DNA of 64,000 nucleotides from Emiliania huxleyi CCMP1516 (taxonomy: Eukaryota). Of this stretch, positions 45,642 through 58,224 are shown piece by piece; position 1 is the stretch's first letter; every line of letters begins with the position of its first letter. Below the pieces are notes generated by a model. That model was not told the origin of the DNA, made no database searches, and was given only the letters and a program-made list of their open reading frames with translations. The stretch spans positions 561,440-625,439 of the forward strand of contig NW_005201792.1 of assembly GCF_000372725.1 (NCBI RefSeq), in the 5' to 3' direction. The position numbers and the translations under genes are program-made.

Positions 45642-48600
45642 TCCCGCCACACGCACGATCCTCCGGATGACCTCTCCGCTCCTCGCTCCTCTCCGGATCC
45701 CAGTCTGCAGTCAGCCCCGTGGGCGTGGCGCTAGTCCTCTCGTCTAGCCTTTCAGTGTACGACTGTATCTAGATACGTATCTTTTTATAGAGGGGAGAGA
45801 AGCGTGTGTGTGTGTGTGTTCTCTATAGAGGTCCCAAAGGTAAAGCTCGAGCCCAAGGCTGCGTGAGAGCTCGGAAGCGAGCTTTGCACGGCGATCGAAG
45901 ATCTCTCTCAGTGTGTAGGTACGACTTTGCGTTTTAGCTTCTCAGTGTGTACCCTCTCTCGCTCTCTCAATGTACGTAAGAGAGTGTGTGTGGCTATTCG
46001 CTCTTACGAATCTGCCTCTCGGAAGACGCGCGCCGGCTCGGGGGACTCGCTTGCGATCCCGTTCCAGCCACAGAGGCCGCGTGAGGCGTGTGGGACGGTG
46101 CACCCACGCTGGGGCCCGAGTGCACTGGCCACGCGTTTCGAGGGGAGGGCGGCTCGTAACTGAGGTTCGCCGTCAGAGACAGTCGTCCTCCCCTCAACCG
46201 TGGGGGGCGTTGGCTTGATCCCACCGGATAAGGGCGGGCAGTCTTCCGTGACTGCTGTCACGCTAAGGCCGACGCCCCCTTGTCCACCCGATGAGAGGGG
46301 ATCACGGGGCTGCAGAACATGTGCGAGCCAGCGCCTACGCCGCTTAAGGAGTCAGGCGCGGAGCGCCGCGCGCGGAGCGCGCCCCGAAGAAAATTTTGAG
46401 GGTTGAGGAGGGCTAGGTGCGATTTCTATTAAGAGTTGACTCACACGCTAGGAACCACTCAGCCCACCCACAGGCCCAATCTCAAGTGGCGGCGCTCCGC
46501 GCCTGTGCAGCGGCGCGCTCCGCGCGTGTTCTGCAGCGGCGCGCTCCGCGCGTGTCTCTGGGCGCTACATGCGGCCGTCGCCGTGCCCTTCATCAACCTT
46601 AGGGGACCCCTAGGGTTCTGAGGGCCGGATTTTTTAAGACCTTTTAAGGAACGAGGAGGTTTGGGGGCTTAACTTGCCATCCTCTTTTAACGGAGCGGCC
46701 GCTCACTGCTCGGTACCCCCCCTGCACATCTAAAGCCATCCCTGCTGCTAGGGGGGGGGGTCTGACCCCCCCAGCAGCAGAGCGCTGCTGCCGGGGGGGG
46801 GTCCCGACCCCCCCAGCAGCAGAGCGCACGGAGACCCAGCTCTCCCGCCTCTTCGCCGCCGCCCCACCCTCTGGGTGTCTTCCGACAAATTAAGCAGCCC
46901 GACCGCCGCGAAGCGTGATGATAGCGAGAGGTGTACTCCGCGAGGTTGAGCGCTGCACGCGGTAATTTTGGCGGTGTCGCAGCGTCGAGCAACACTCGGT
47001 GTCAGAGCGTCGCGCCAAATCAGTAGTCTCATCACCGAGTGATTGCTGGCCTGTGGCGTATGACCTCGCGCGGATATCACCAACGACGAGCATGCGAAGA
47101 TAGGGAACAATATCTTGTACAGCCCGCTGTGCTCCCCGCAGTGCCACGGCGTATGATGGGCTGCGAGAGCCGTATCTTCCCTCCTTGAGGCAGAGGCGCC
47201 GCGATGCACGAGAGGCGTAGAAGAGAGGCTGGCGTGCCCCGCACCTCCGTAAAGGTACGCCCCCCGGCCGGCTTACTAGGTCCCGCCCTTCTCTCGGAAG
47301 ACGCGCGCCGGCCCGGGTGACTCGCTTGCGAGGTAGATCCCGTTCCAGCCAGAGGCTGCGTGACCACCATGGAGACGTCCGGCGGCGCCGAGGAGCGATA
47401 TCGTGCCGATCTCCTGGCAGATGATGTTGAGCCCCTCGGCGATGCGAGCGCGGCGGGAGGCGCCGCCGAAGACGGAGTCGGCGACGCTCGAGACGACGCT
47501 GAAGGAGGGCGCGTTGGACGCCGGAGCGGGCGGGTCGTGCTGCGACGCGCCGAGCCGGCCGATGCTTGCTGTCGGCAACAGGTTGGAGAGCGCGCAAGTC
47601 GAGATGCCCCCGAGCCTTGCACTGACGACGGCACGCCACGGGCTTCGCGTGAGGCGTGCGAGGCCGCGCGCGAAGTACGGTGGGGAACCCTTGCGTGTGA
47701 TCTGTCGGTATTCATCCATTTTGCGCGTACTCGTGGTGTTGTAAGGACGTGCTGCTCTGAGAACCAGACGTCTCGAACACAGAGAGCCCGGCCCTTGCGG
47801 AGTCGCGCACGCACAAGACACCACCAGAAACATAGACCACCATGGCAGTCCCCGTCGACGCGCGGGCGGCGAGTGGGATGGGGCTCGGCCGCTTGCTCGG
47901 CGCACGTTAGCTACGCCGTGGGCTCAGGCCCCCCCGTTCTCACACCGACGCCGCTCGTTCAGGCCTCGCCGAACTCGAACTTGAACTCGTGGCCCTCCTC
48001 CTGCGAGGCCCACTTTGCGCCCGCGATCGTGAAATCGAAAGCCTTGCCATTCGCCTTGAGCTCCTTAGAGAGGTACTTCACGAACTTCTTGTAGCTGCGT
48101 GGGAGCAGCGCGACGGGAGGTGAGGGTTCAGCGGCAGTAAGGCGCGTGCGGGAGGGGGAGCGTGTGCGGGCGTGTGCCGTGTGCGGGGCGGGTGTGGAGG
48201 CGTGTCACTTCTTCCCGTTCTTCGTGATGGTCATGGAGGTGGGCGAGCCCGGCTTCGGGGAGGTGGAAGACTTCGCCATGTTGTTGATTATGACGTCTGC
48301 GCGCGCCGGGGGGGGGGAGCACCCGTGAACAGGCCGTGGCGGTAACGATTGCCGGGAGAAGGGAGAGTGGGATGGGGCTGAGGGGCGTGTACGGCGGCGG
48401 GCTGGGCGGCGGCGAGGGTGGCAGCGGCGAAGGGTGGGTCCGCACGCAGCGGGGCGCGCGGCTGTGGTTCGCGGGGGCGGCGTGCGGATATTTCTTCTCT
48501 GCCGCAGCGTCTGCGACGTCTGCGCGCGACGAACGCTGTGTACACCCCGGGTGGCGGCGGGGTGTCGGAAACGAGCCGTGGCGGGGTGGGCGATGCGCCG

Positions 48601-49420
48601 CGCCGCGCCGTACGGCAGGCGGGGGTGGGACGCGGGCGCCTCAGAGGATCACATCGCTTGAGGAGTTCGCTACACATACTATCAGCCACCTGCAAATGGC
48701 TTTTTTTTTGAGGCGCTGTTGCGGCAGTTGATGTGAACTCGTGTCGCCACACGCCAAGGGCGTATGCTCTGTCGAGACGTGAGGCGCCTGCGCCCAGGAG
48801 GGGAGGGCGCATGCGTAACGACGCTGCTAGAGAAGCCTTTCGGGGGCCCAGAGATAAAACTTCTGATGCCATGCGTGACCTAGTAGTGTCCCCAGCTATG
48901 GGCGTGTCCACGTTGGAGCCAGGTGTGGTGTGGACGCGAGAATAGCTCCGCCATTCATGGAGGCAACCGATGCGAGTCGACTGGTGTGTGTCGTCGTGGT
49001 TTCGTATCAAGAATACTCACTCACATACTCACATTGCGCCTTTCATACAGGAGTTGTAGTCCATCAGCCCCGACCGGCAGCACGCTGTTGGTCGGTTCGA
49101 GGGGTGGCCTCCGCCAGGTCTGCGTGGGCGCCTCTCAAACCGCCTCCCTCCTTTGCCCCGAGCGTCGTTCCGCCCTCCATGCACACCATCCTCGAGCCAC
49201 CATCTATGTCTCCTCTGCCTGTGCCTGACAACGACCTCACAAAGGCGCGTGGCGACGCCCCCTCGCAGGGCCAGATCACTTTACCTGGTCGTAAAAGCTT
49301 GGGGCGCTACGACGTACGAGAGGACCAAAGTGTGGTAAAGGTGGCACTCTCCCCTGACCCGATCAAAAGCGTAAAAGCACCCGACTCCCGAGGCACAGGC
49401 TCCCACCACCAGCAGAAAAT
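45642..49420. mobile_element. Large dispersed repeat, copy 1 (copy 2 at 61774-64000); class unknown
   Basis: Colinear, near-identical sequence from tcccgccacacgcacgatcc to ccagcagaaa. Internal direct repeat at ~46016 and ~47291. No transposase recognised. Confidence 0.8.
47959..48279 (-). CDS. Small 68-aa spliced protein inside the large repeat (intron 48095-48208)
   Basis: GT-AG splicing gives MAKSSTSPKPGSPTSMTITKNGKNYKKFVKYLSKELKANGKAFDFTIAGAKWASQEEGHEFKFEFGEA*, with strong GC3 codon bias. Confidence 0.55.
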
Positions 49421-49628
49421 AATAAGCATTATATATGCATACGATAAATAATACGAGCGAGTGAGTCATTGACTCAATATCGGAAAAGAGAAGGCGTCTG
49501 TAAACCGCAAAGAGACACGCATAGAGCGCTATCCGCCAGCATCTCAGCAGACAGCACAGACGGTGAGGTCGAAGAATATGTCAGTACTCCTGTCCCACAC
49601 CCTCTCCGGTCCCCGCTACCCCGCCGCC

Positions 49629-51704
49629 TCAGCCGCCCGCCCTCCAGTCGTAGCTCTCCAGCGGGTCCTCCACCTCGTACGTATCCAGCGGAGGAGGTGT
49701 CGGCGGCAGCTCCCCTCCCGCGGGGTGCAACTTCTGCGCGACCACCATCGCCGTGCAAAGGACAGTGACGACGGTACCTGTGTAGGGTCCGAAAGGGTTC
49801 AGCGATCGCTGCCCAAGCACCCTGCACACCACTGCGGTGGCGAGGGCGCCCAAGGCGCAGAGGAGGCCGTGCGCCGCCACAGACGCGGGCCGCATCGCCC
49901 CCCGAGCGAGCAGGACGTACATCAGGGGCGGGAGCACGAAGGCGATGACGCCTGCGACCGAGCGGCCAGAACATGATGTGTGTGGCCAATGCGAGCGGGG
50001 GCAGGACAGCGGCGGCGGAGGCGGCAGAGGCGGAGAGGCGGCGGAGGCGGCGGAGGCGTACCGACGTTGAGCGCGCCGCTCAGTGCCACCAGGAACTTGA
50101 AATCGGGCAGCGACAGCGCCTACTCTCGGGCCACCTCGCGCCCTCTGTCGGCCGACTCGAGCAGGAGCAAGTCATGTCGGGCAGCGGCGGCGCCGTGAGA
50201 AGCGAGACGAGCGCAAGCGCCGTTCGCGCCGCCGTCCTGCCGCATGCATGGCTGTGGCCGCCTCCCGCCTGCTGCGCCCCCCTTGCCGCCTCTGCCGCGC
50301 CGCCGCCCTCCTCTTCCGCCCCCTCGCCCGCCGCTGTGTCGTGCGTGAAGAGCGCCTCCTCGACGATCTGCGACGCGGGGAACATCTTGATGGGCAGCGA
50401 GAAGAGGACGGCGACCTACGGGGAAGGCTCCGGGACGGCTCTGGGGCCCGGAGCCTCTCTTGCCAGAGGAGCGAGAGGGCGACGGAGACCGACATGCAAG
50501 CCTTGAGCCCGGCAGCAAGCCCGCCGTCGACGGAGAGGAGAATGTTGCCCTGCGTCTCGTCGCCGTAGAGCACCGCGCAAGCGAGGGCGTAGGCGAGGAT
50601 GACGCCGACGCCGGCCGTGGCGAGGGCGAGCAGGATGGAGGAGTACTCTCCTGCGGGGAGCGAAGCCGAGTGGCTGCGGATTGGAGGCAGGAGGTGTGGC
50701 GGAGGCAGAAGGTGGCGGAAGCAAGAGGGGTGGCAGAGGCAAGAGGGGTGGCGGAGGCAAGAGGGGTGGCGGAGGCAAGAGGGGTGGCGGAGGCGAGGTG
50801 GGGCGCCTTTGCGCTCGCCCATCGAGAGGACAACGGCGACGGTCGAGTCGTGTCCAGTGAAGGTGAACAGTCCCACGCCTGTGCGGCAGCGCCGAGGACG
50901 CGTCGTGGACGCGTCGAGTCGCGGCCAGTCAGGTGAGCCGTCTCCGCGCCGATAAAGGGAGCGACTGCACTCGGGTCGAAGCTAGCCAGGCGCGGGGCCG
51001 CCTCGTGCGGGCTGGCGAGGCCCTCTCCTACAGGAAGGCTCCGAGAAGCGTCGGGGCGGGGTGCCGCCTCCCGCGCGTTTGCGAGGCAAGGGCCTCTCCG
51101 AGGACGGTGAGGAGCGCGAGCAGCAGGACGGCGGTGCCGATGGCGGAGGTGGGCTCGAGCATCGACAGGTCGCGCAACCAGCAGAGGAGGACAAAGAAAG
51201 GGGTGACGCAGAGCATGACCCGCTCCTGACGTATGAGGCAAGGCAAGCTTTGCACGCCAGGCAAGCCCAGCCGCCTGGGCAGAGCTGGCAACGCGCCTTT
51301 GGCACGCCGAGCAGCTGGCCGACGTTGTCGCCAATGAAAACGAGGTAGGTCGCACAGCACGCGAGCTGACTCACCAGCATGTTTCCGGCGCTCAGCAATC
51401 CACCCGTGCGGCCGAGGGAGTGGAGGCAGAGCTCCCCGTAGCTCTTCGGCGTCACACCTGCTGCCACCGCGGCATCAACACACCACGCGAGGAGCTGCAT
51501 CGTGTAGATGGACCAGATCCCGCATAGCGCGGTCAGAAGGCAGCCGGCCGGAGCACCCACAGCAAGGATTGCGCTCGGCAGCGCGAGCAGGCCAGTTCCG
51601 AACACCGACTTGACGCTGTTGATGTAGGCAGCCCGCACGGCGGAGCGCGGCTCGAACCAGGTCGCTTTGCGGTCGGGCAGGAGGGCCTCGGAGAGGTTGG
51701 CCAT
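49629..51704 (-). CDS. Amino acid transporter (AAAP / SLC36-38 Aa_trans family), multi-exon
   Basis: AYINSVKSVFGTGLLALPSAI, SYGEL, CCATYLVFIGDN, LFTFTGHDSTVAV, YGDETQGNILL and FVLPPLMY. Confidence 0.85.
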
Positions 51705-51974
51705 CGGTGAGGCCGATAGCTCCGTACTACCGGGTACGTGCGTGGGGTAGAGCTCTTCCCAAGGAATGGAAAGCAGCGTGTATTCACAGCGTTCGTTAGT
51801 TAGTCTTTAAACACCTCGGAGCATGGAGGACGGGCCCACACGCACACACACGTTGCACACGATTGGCTCGGGAGCCGACACGAGGCACACTTTCACCGGC
51901 CGCAGCACCGGGTCCGGACTGCTGGATGGACACACAGCAGGAAAAATCTTTTGTTTGGAATCCTCTTACCCGAG

Positions 51975-52437
51975 GAGGGTTCCGAGCGAACCAGTTTAGA
52001 CCAGTTTAGACCACTGCTAAACACGAACCAGATTAGTCCTGTTTACGATAAACTAGGTGCGTCTAAACCTGGTATGGCTAATGGGGTTCCTCCGAAAATC
52101 CTCCCCCCCCCCCCCCCGCGCGCGCGCAGCGCGCACCTCCCCCCAGCTCCCCTGCTCTGTGTGTCTGTGACCACGAGAGAGGCGCGGCTCTCAGCGGCAC
52201 GCGCAAGCGTCAGCGGCCTTGCTTCTTCTCGCGCTGGTCGAGGTTGTGCATGGGCAATCTTGACCGTCTCGAGGGTCCACGCGCCGCCGCGTCGATCTGC
52301 TTGCAGAAGCCGCTAATCTGACACACCCTTCCGGAGCGCTTGCCCACAACACCGAGCAGAAAAGGTGGCGCCCGCCTTGATAAACTGGGTCTAAACATGA
52401 TGGTCTAAAGGTCTAAACTGGTTCGCTTGGAACCCTC
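51975..52437. mobile_element. MITE with 28-bp TIRs and degenerate 9-10-bp flanking duplication (Mutator-like)
   Basis: gagggttccgagcgaaccagtttagacc ... ggtctaaactggttcgcttggaaccctc (1 mismatch). Flanks cttacccgag / attacccggg. Subterminal tttagacc/ggtctaaa repeats. Confidence 0.8.
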
Positions 52438-52723
52438 ATTACCCGGGCTCCCAAGAAAGACCCTTGCTCCGCCAAGATGGTGACTCCGTCCCTCCCTTTT
52501 CATTGTGTTCTTTCTCGGTCTTTATCTTCAACCCGAGAGCCTCGGCGAGCCTCGGGCGCTCGGCGAGACTGCGTCAGCTGTTCCCACAGCAGGCTTGGAA
52601 GTAATAAGCTCTTAGATCCGATCGCGTCGTTTCGCCGACAGTCCGCCCTGCCGTCGAAATGAGCCGACGCGGCGCGCATCTCCGCGGGTCAGCGTGATGC
52701 TGCAACGGCCAGCATCGTGGTAA

Positions 52724-54019
52724 ATGCCTCCCAGCAGCAGCGCCCTGCTGCGGCACCAGCCAATTGGTCCGTCCACACTCACGCGCTCGGTCGCGCTGGC
52801 TGGGACTGCCGCCCTTCCCTGCGCCGACAGCCGATGGAGCGCCCGGGCGGGCCGCCTGCCCGACTTCTCCAATGCCGTCGAGGGATTCGCGACGACGATC
52901 GGCGAGCAGATCACAGCGGGGGTGGGTGATATCGTCCAGTTCTTTGGCGTCAACGCCTCGCTCGACATCCGTGTCGAATCCACCAGGGACTCGAACCTCG
53001 ACACGGCGGCGCTCGCCCGCTCTCCGCCTTGCACGCTCGCCGCGCTGCGGAGCGTGTTTGACGTATGGGGGCAGACCCTCGGCGACTTCATCGACGAAAC
53101 TGTGTCGGACGTCTTCTCTCTCGTGCCCACCAACAACATCGCCGCTGCATACGCCGCCTCGTATGCCGCAAACATGCCCTCGTACCGGCGCAGGCCGCGG
53201 GCTTGGGGCGGCGCACGCGCAAAGGCGCTTCTGGCTCTGCGCGGCTCGACGGTGCAGGCGGGTGCCGGCATGGGTTTCGGGCTGCAGCTCTACTGCAATT
53301 GCCGCGTCCTTCTCTCGACCGGCCTCGGCGGCGGCGGCGGCTTCACGGTGCACATCAATGCGCGTGACCTGCGGGCGCCGCGGGGCAGGCTGCCAGGCGA
53401 CTATGAGTTCAGCGGCGGGCTGGGCGGTGGCGGGGGCACGCAGCTCCTCGTGCGGGGGAGCGTGGCCGCACGCAACGGCAGCGCGGCCGCACGCAACGGC
53501 AGCGTGCCCGCCTTTGATATGTCCATTGGTGGCGGCGGGGGCGGAGACCTTGACGGGCTCGACCAGGGGGCGAGCGCGGACCCTGACGAGAGGGTGCCTC
53601 CCGGCCTGCGGACGACGGGCCAGCTGCGCGACATGGTGCGGCGCAAGCTCGCTACTTGCAGTTTTGTCACCGCCACCGGCGGCGGCGGCGGCGGCGCGGG
53701 CTTCACCGTCCAGGGGCGCATGAATGCTAGCTACGGAGGCGGCGTCGACGTCTCGATTCGGTTAGGTTCTCGCGCCGCAACGAGCCGGTTTGAGCGGGCC
53801 TGCTCGCGCAGCGAGGGTGGCGACGGTGGCGGTAGCGGCGGTGGCGGCGGTGGCCAGCCGAGCGCCGACTACTCCAAGATGTCGCCTTACCTCGAGGCGT
53901 GCCGCAACCGGTGCTTGACCCAGGCGGCCGCAGACTTTTGGACGGGCTGCAACTGCCCCTGCACCAAGGGCGTCTTCCGGAGATTCAATCTCTCTTTTGC
54001 GGACAATATTCAGTGCTGA
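52724..54019 (+). CDS. Glycine-rich hypothetical protein with Cys-rich C-terminus
   Basis: 431-aa open frame with repeated GGGGG-hydrophobic-strand units, several N-x-S/T sequons and a terminal Cys cluster. Start uncertain. Confidence 0.5.
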   Translation: MPPSSSALLRHQPIGPSTLTRSVALAGTAALPCADSRWSARAGRLPDFSNAVEGFATTIGEQITAGVGDIVQFFGVNASLDIRVESTRDSNLDTAALARSPPCTLAALRSVFDVWGQTLGDFIDETVSDVFSLVPTNNIAAAYAASYAANMPSYRRRPRAWGGARAKALLALRGSTVQAGAGMGFGLQLYCNCRVLLSTGLGGGGGFTVHINARDLRAPRGRLPGDYEFSGGLGGGGGTQLLVRGSVAARNGSAAARNGSVPAFDMSIGGGGGGDLDGLDQGASADPDERVPPGLRTTGQLRDMVRRKLATCSFVTATGGGGGGAGFTVQGRMNASYGGGVDVSIRLGSRAATSRFERACSRSEGGDGGGSGGGGGGQPSADYSKMSPYLEACRNRCLTQAAADFWTGCNCPCTKGVFRRFNLSFADNIQC

Positions 54020-54573
54020 CGCGTGGGAGCTTGCGCCTCTTGGGCACTTACCTCGTCACCCCGTCAGTCGTCTCCTTTCTCTCAGATCGACCTCTTTTCC
54101 GTGGAGGAAAACAGGAGCCAATCATTTAAACGCTTGAGCGCTTGAACGGGTCGTGTCCCAGGCAGCACCCAGGGAAGTTGACCACACAAAGCCCAGTGCA
54201 TGCGCCATGCGCCATGCGCCGCGTGTCCACCCTCTCCACATCATGAACCCGCACATCCACTCTCGATTCGCGCTCCCCCGCTCGAGGCATCTCGAGGCTC
54301 GCGACTCCATGCTCGTCTCTCGCGAGCCGCGGTCCCCATACACATGGGCCATCGCATGGCCCATATGGCGAGTTGGCGAGGTCCGCGCGGCCCGCCTTAC
54401 ACTTGGAGCACTTGGAGTGCAGTTCGCGGTTACAAGACTTTTTTTCCTCCAGCCTATGGACGGCGGGCGGCGAGAACAAACAAGGGGAACCTCCCTCTCC
54501 GCCAGGGAGGGAGGAGAGAACGGACTTGCTTGCGGAGCGCCCCCGCCGATCACGCTCTAGCCTCCCACTCGAG

Positions 54574-55729
54574 CATGGCCGCGTTCTACATTTACCCGGA
54601 TGCAGCCATGGACCAGAGCACGACGGTGCTGGAGTGCCGCCCCTTGTGGTCCTTCGACGACCAGTCCGCTGAAGTTGCCATGTTGGCTCTCCTGCGTCAG
54701 CACCCTGCCCGCGTCACCGACCCCGAGGCTGCCACACTTTTCGTCGTGCCGCTGATGCCTTATGTAAGCAGTGGAGCGGGGGAGTGCATGGGAGAGAGCC
54801 ACCAACGGCGCATGTCGCGTGCCGCCTCCGCGTTGCGAAAGAGTCCGTTCCTCTCGCGCCGCGGCGGCCACGACCACCTCCTGATCACAAACACCTTCCG
54901 CGTCAAAACGTTCGCTCCGTGGCTCAAGCCATTGCTCGGCAACGCCACTATAGCCTGGTTCGAGCAGCCGAGGCTTGCCACTGGCGAGCGGCGTCCGGGT
55001 GTGCTCTACTCCCTCGCCTTCTGGCGTTGCACGGTGGTCATCCCGTATCTGGCCAACCCGTTCTGCGCACAGCAGCGTGCAGCGGCGCCAGAAGAGGCGC
55101 ATCCCTCGTCTGGCGGCGCCGTGGAGGCTGGCGCCTCATTATCCGCCCAGCGTGCGCGCCGCCACGTCCGTGCGCCTGGCTCCGTCTTCTTCCAGGGATC
55201 TTTTAGTGCGGCATCCTACCTGCGCGGACGATTCGCATCATTGCAGGACTTGCCCGGGGCGCACGTACAGGACGTGCCGCGAGGATGCAGCGAGTCGCAG
55301 AATGCATCTCTTCGCCCAGAGTGTGCCGCTTCGAGGCTACGTGGCTCACCCTTGCACACAGCGCGTGGCATGCTCAGCCACGAGTTCTGCTTGGTACCGA
55401 GGGGTGACACTCCCTCCAGTGGGAGGCTGTATGCAGCGCTGGCTTGCCGCTGCGTGCCGCTGCTGATTGCAAACAGGTTTGCGGAGCATTTCGCCTTCCC
55501 CACTCGCGGTCGATACGACGAGTGGGTTGTCAGCGTGCCGGAAGGCGAATTCATGCGATCGCCGCGTGCCAGCATCGAGGGCGCCATCCATCAAGCGCGT
55601 CCTCAGCTGACGCGCATTCGCAGCGCAATGGAGGCGGCAGGTGTGGAGCTGCTGTACGACGCAGCCGGCTCACGAGCTGCGGACAACATGCTGCGCGACT
55701 GGAGTGCAAGTTGCGCGACCGGAGGCTAG
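54574..55729 (+). CDS. Exostosin-family glycosyltransferase (GT47); start may lie upstream
   Basis: FYIYP, RVTDPEAATLFVVP, RRGGHDH and FCLVPRGDTPSSGRLYAALACRCVPLLI. Confidence 0.88.
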
Positions 55730-55906
55730 CCGCTTGCCACGAGATGGGTGCCGCCAAAATATGCGGAACATGCGCAAAAAATCCTATCCCCAGAGGCGCA
55801 AAGAGCCCGAACCCAGCCTCAGTGCGTGCCGTGGCACCGGTTGCGTCTCGCGTGCCTCCGCACCTGCGGCAGCTGCTTTGGCCTCCAGCGATACCGTTTT
55901 GTCCCG

Positions 55907-56536
55907 ATGTGGCGCCGCTGTCGCCGCCTGCGGCCAGTGGCCAGTGCCGGGCTGCTCATGGCCAGTTACCGCACCAGTGCCGTGCAGCCAGCGCTGAGCG
56001 AGCCTCTGTCGCCCAGCAGCGCGAGCCCCGCTGCTCTTCCGGCGTCGCGGGCCGCCTCGAGCGCCGAGGCGAGCGCGGAGGAGGCGCCGAGCGGCCTGCG
56101 CATTGGAGTCACGATGCGAGAGGTGAGGGAGGGGTCGGGCGAGCAAGCCGCCTCTGGGATGCTTGCGACGGTCCACTACACTGTCCGCCTCGTCGGCGAC
56201 GGCACGCTGCTCGAGGACACGCGCAACAGTGGGTATGGGGAGCGCGACTACGGCGCGCCGCTGTCGTTCCGGCTGGGCGAGCTCTCGGACCGAAGGATCC
56301 TGCGTGCCCTGCACCTGTGCGCCCTCGACATGCGCGTCGGCGGCGTGCGGAGGGTGCGCACGTGCTTGCTCGACTCTGACTTTGGGTACACGCGCACGCC
56401 GGAGATACCCACCGCGCGCTCGTACAGGGTCAAGCGAGAGCTGGGCGCAGACTGGCTCATCGACCTGGAGCTGGAGCTGGTGGCGCTGCAACCGCCGCCC
56501 GGCCCGACCCTGCTGGAGAGGCTATTTGGAAAGTGA
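55907..56536 (+). CDS. FKBP-type peptidyl-prolyl isomerase-like protein (divergent); start uncertain
   Basis: EGSGEQAASGMLATVHYTVRL..GTLLEDT..PLSFRLG..ILRALHLCALDMRVGGVRRV..LIDLELELV. Confidence 0.75.
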   Translation: MWRRCRRLRPVASAGLLMASYRTSAVQPALSEPLSPSSASPAALPASRAASSAEASAEEAPSGLRIGVTMREVREGSGEQAASGMLATVHYTVRLVGDGTLLEDTRNSGYGERDYGAPLSFRLGELSDRRILRALHLCALDMRVGGVRRVRTCLLDSDFGYTRTPEIPTARSYRVKRELGADWLIDLELELVALQPPPGPTLLERLFGK

Positions 56537-57471
56537 GTCGCGACTGGAGTCACCGCGTTTTTTGTGTACCTGAACCCTCTGCGCTACTTCACACTTACAC
56601 ACGGCCCGACGTGTGCGTAGCGTGACTAAGAGACTAGTCCAGTAGTAGCACGTAGGGTCGTACGTGCCACAGGCGGGGCATGCCCCCGCGGCTCAGCTTC
56701 AGGTGAGTTCATCTTGCCGGCGGTACCCGACGCTGCTCGAACGGCAGTTGTCGACCGCCGGCAGTTGACCGGCAAGATGAAGTCCACTGCGCTCGAAAAA
56801 CATACCACCGGAAGCGCCTCGCCGAGGCGCACAAGAGTCCCCGTCAGCGCCACGCGCGAGAGCATGTGTCCAATGTGCAACGCGGCGGCGCGATGAGTCA
56901 CGGGACGACCGACGGAAGCCGGACAAGCCACAAAACTCGCTCTCGCAGAGCAGGTTTTCACCGATTTGCTGTGGGCGTTGGCTGAAATAGTGCTCAAACC
57001 GACCAACGAAAACGGCACTAGTTAAGGGCAAAACCCGATTTGCTGTGGGGGGCGTTAAGTCAGCCCTCGCGTTTGGCCCGCTTCGTTCGCCCCACCCAGC
57101 CCAACCGCTCTCCCCACGCTCTTCGCCGTGTGGCGGCCGTCCTTCCTGCAAGGGAAAGCCGCTGATCGAGCCCAGCGTGCCCGCGGCCGCCTCCCGCGCA
57201 GCACCGCCGCTGGGGACGACACGCTGCGGAATTGGATCGAGCCCATGGAGGAGGAGGGCGCAGTCGGCGAATCGGAGGAGGAGGAGGAGGGCGCAGTCGT
57301 CGACGTTGGCGTGTCTGACTCAGAGGAGGCGTTGGAGGTGCTCCAGCAACCTAACCTGATCCAGAAGCTCGCCGACGTTGTCACTCAACGTGCGTCATGC
57401 GTGATCGAGCTTGAGGGAGGAGCTCAGCTAACGATTCGGCCGGCCACCCAGCGCCGCCGCCCACCGCCACC

Positions 57472-58224
57472 CCTGGGGTGTCGACGGGCCCCCGGGGGCG
57501 ACGGGGGTGCTCGCTCCGGCCGCGGCGGCCGAAAACGGGGACCTCTAACTAGGTCTAACTTTGAAGTGATGCACTTGATGCAAGGGTGCCATTGTGCTCT
57601 ACTACAAAAGTTGTGTAAGATGCCCAAGTCTCAGACGCTGGATCCTTAGCGGAGCTGAGTTCTGACGGTGTGAACACGAGCAACCGGAGTGACGACCGGG
57701 ACCGGGCCGTACGCCGGGAGTGCCCCGACTAGCAGTGACGGGCGCGGACGAGCGAATGAGAGGTCGCTATCTGTGGAAGATGTGTTGTTAGGGACTAGGA
57801 CTGCCTATCTCTCACTGAAAGGGACCTCTCATTCGCTCGTCCGCACCCGTCACCGCTCACGGAGTGCTCCGCGTGCCGCACCGGCCGCCGCCGGCCGCCG
57901 GCCGCTCACGGCAACGGAACAGTCTTACTACTCCGCAACGTTGAGCTGGATCAAACTTAATAGTGCTCCTGAAAGCCCTCTCTCTGGGCTCTGCCACACA
58001 GTAGCAGCTCATGACGAGCAGCTGCTGTGACTGTATTTGTAGCCATTTTTAGGCTTCAACTGGTCCCAAAATAGTAGCAACACCTCATGAAAATCAGTCA
58101 AAAAAGCCCCAAAAAATCGGCGCCTGCGGCGGGCTACCTGGGGCTGCGCCCCAGACCCCCTTGACTGGGGGGACCCCCCGCGAGAGCACCCCCGTCGCCC
58201 CCGGGGGCCCGTCGACACCCCAGG
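57472..58224. mobile_element. 753-bp non-autonomous DNA transposon with 41-bp perfect TIRs and 8-bp TSD (ccgccacc)
   Basis: TIR cctggggtgtcgacgggcccccgggggcgacgggggtgctc at 57472-57512 and its reverse complement at 58184-58224. TSD at 57464-57471 and 58225-58232. Empty site visible near 25532-25539. Confidence 0.95.

Noticed and set aside
46340..46895. Several TTAA sites suggesting a nested piggyBac/Kolobok element
   Set aside because: No matching terminal inverted repeats found next to any TTAA pair.
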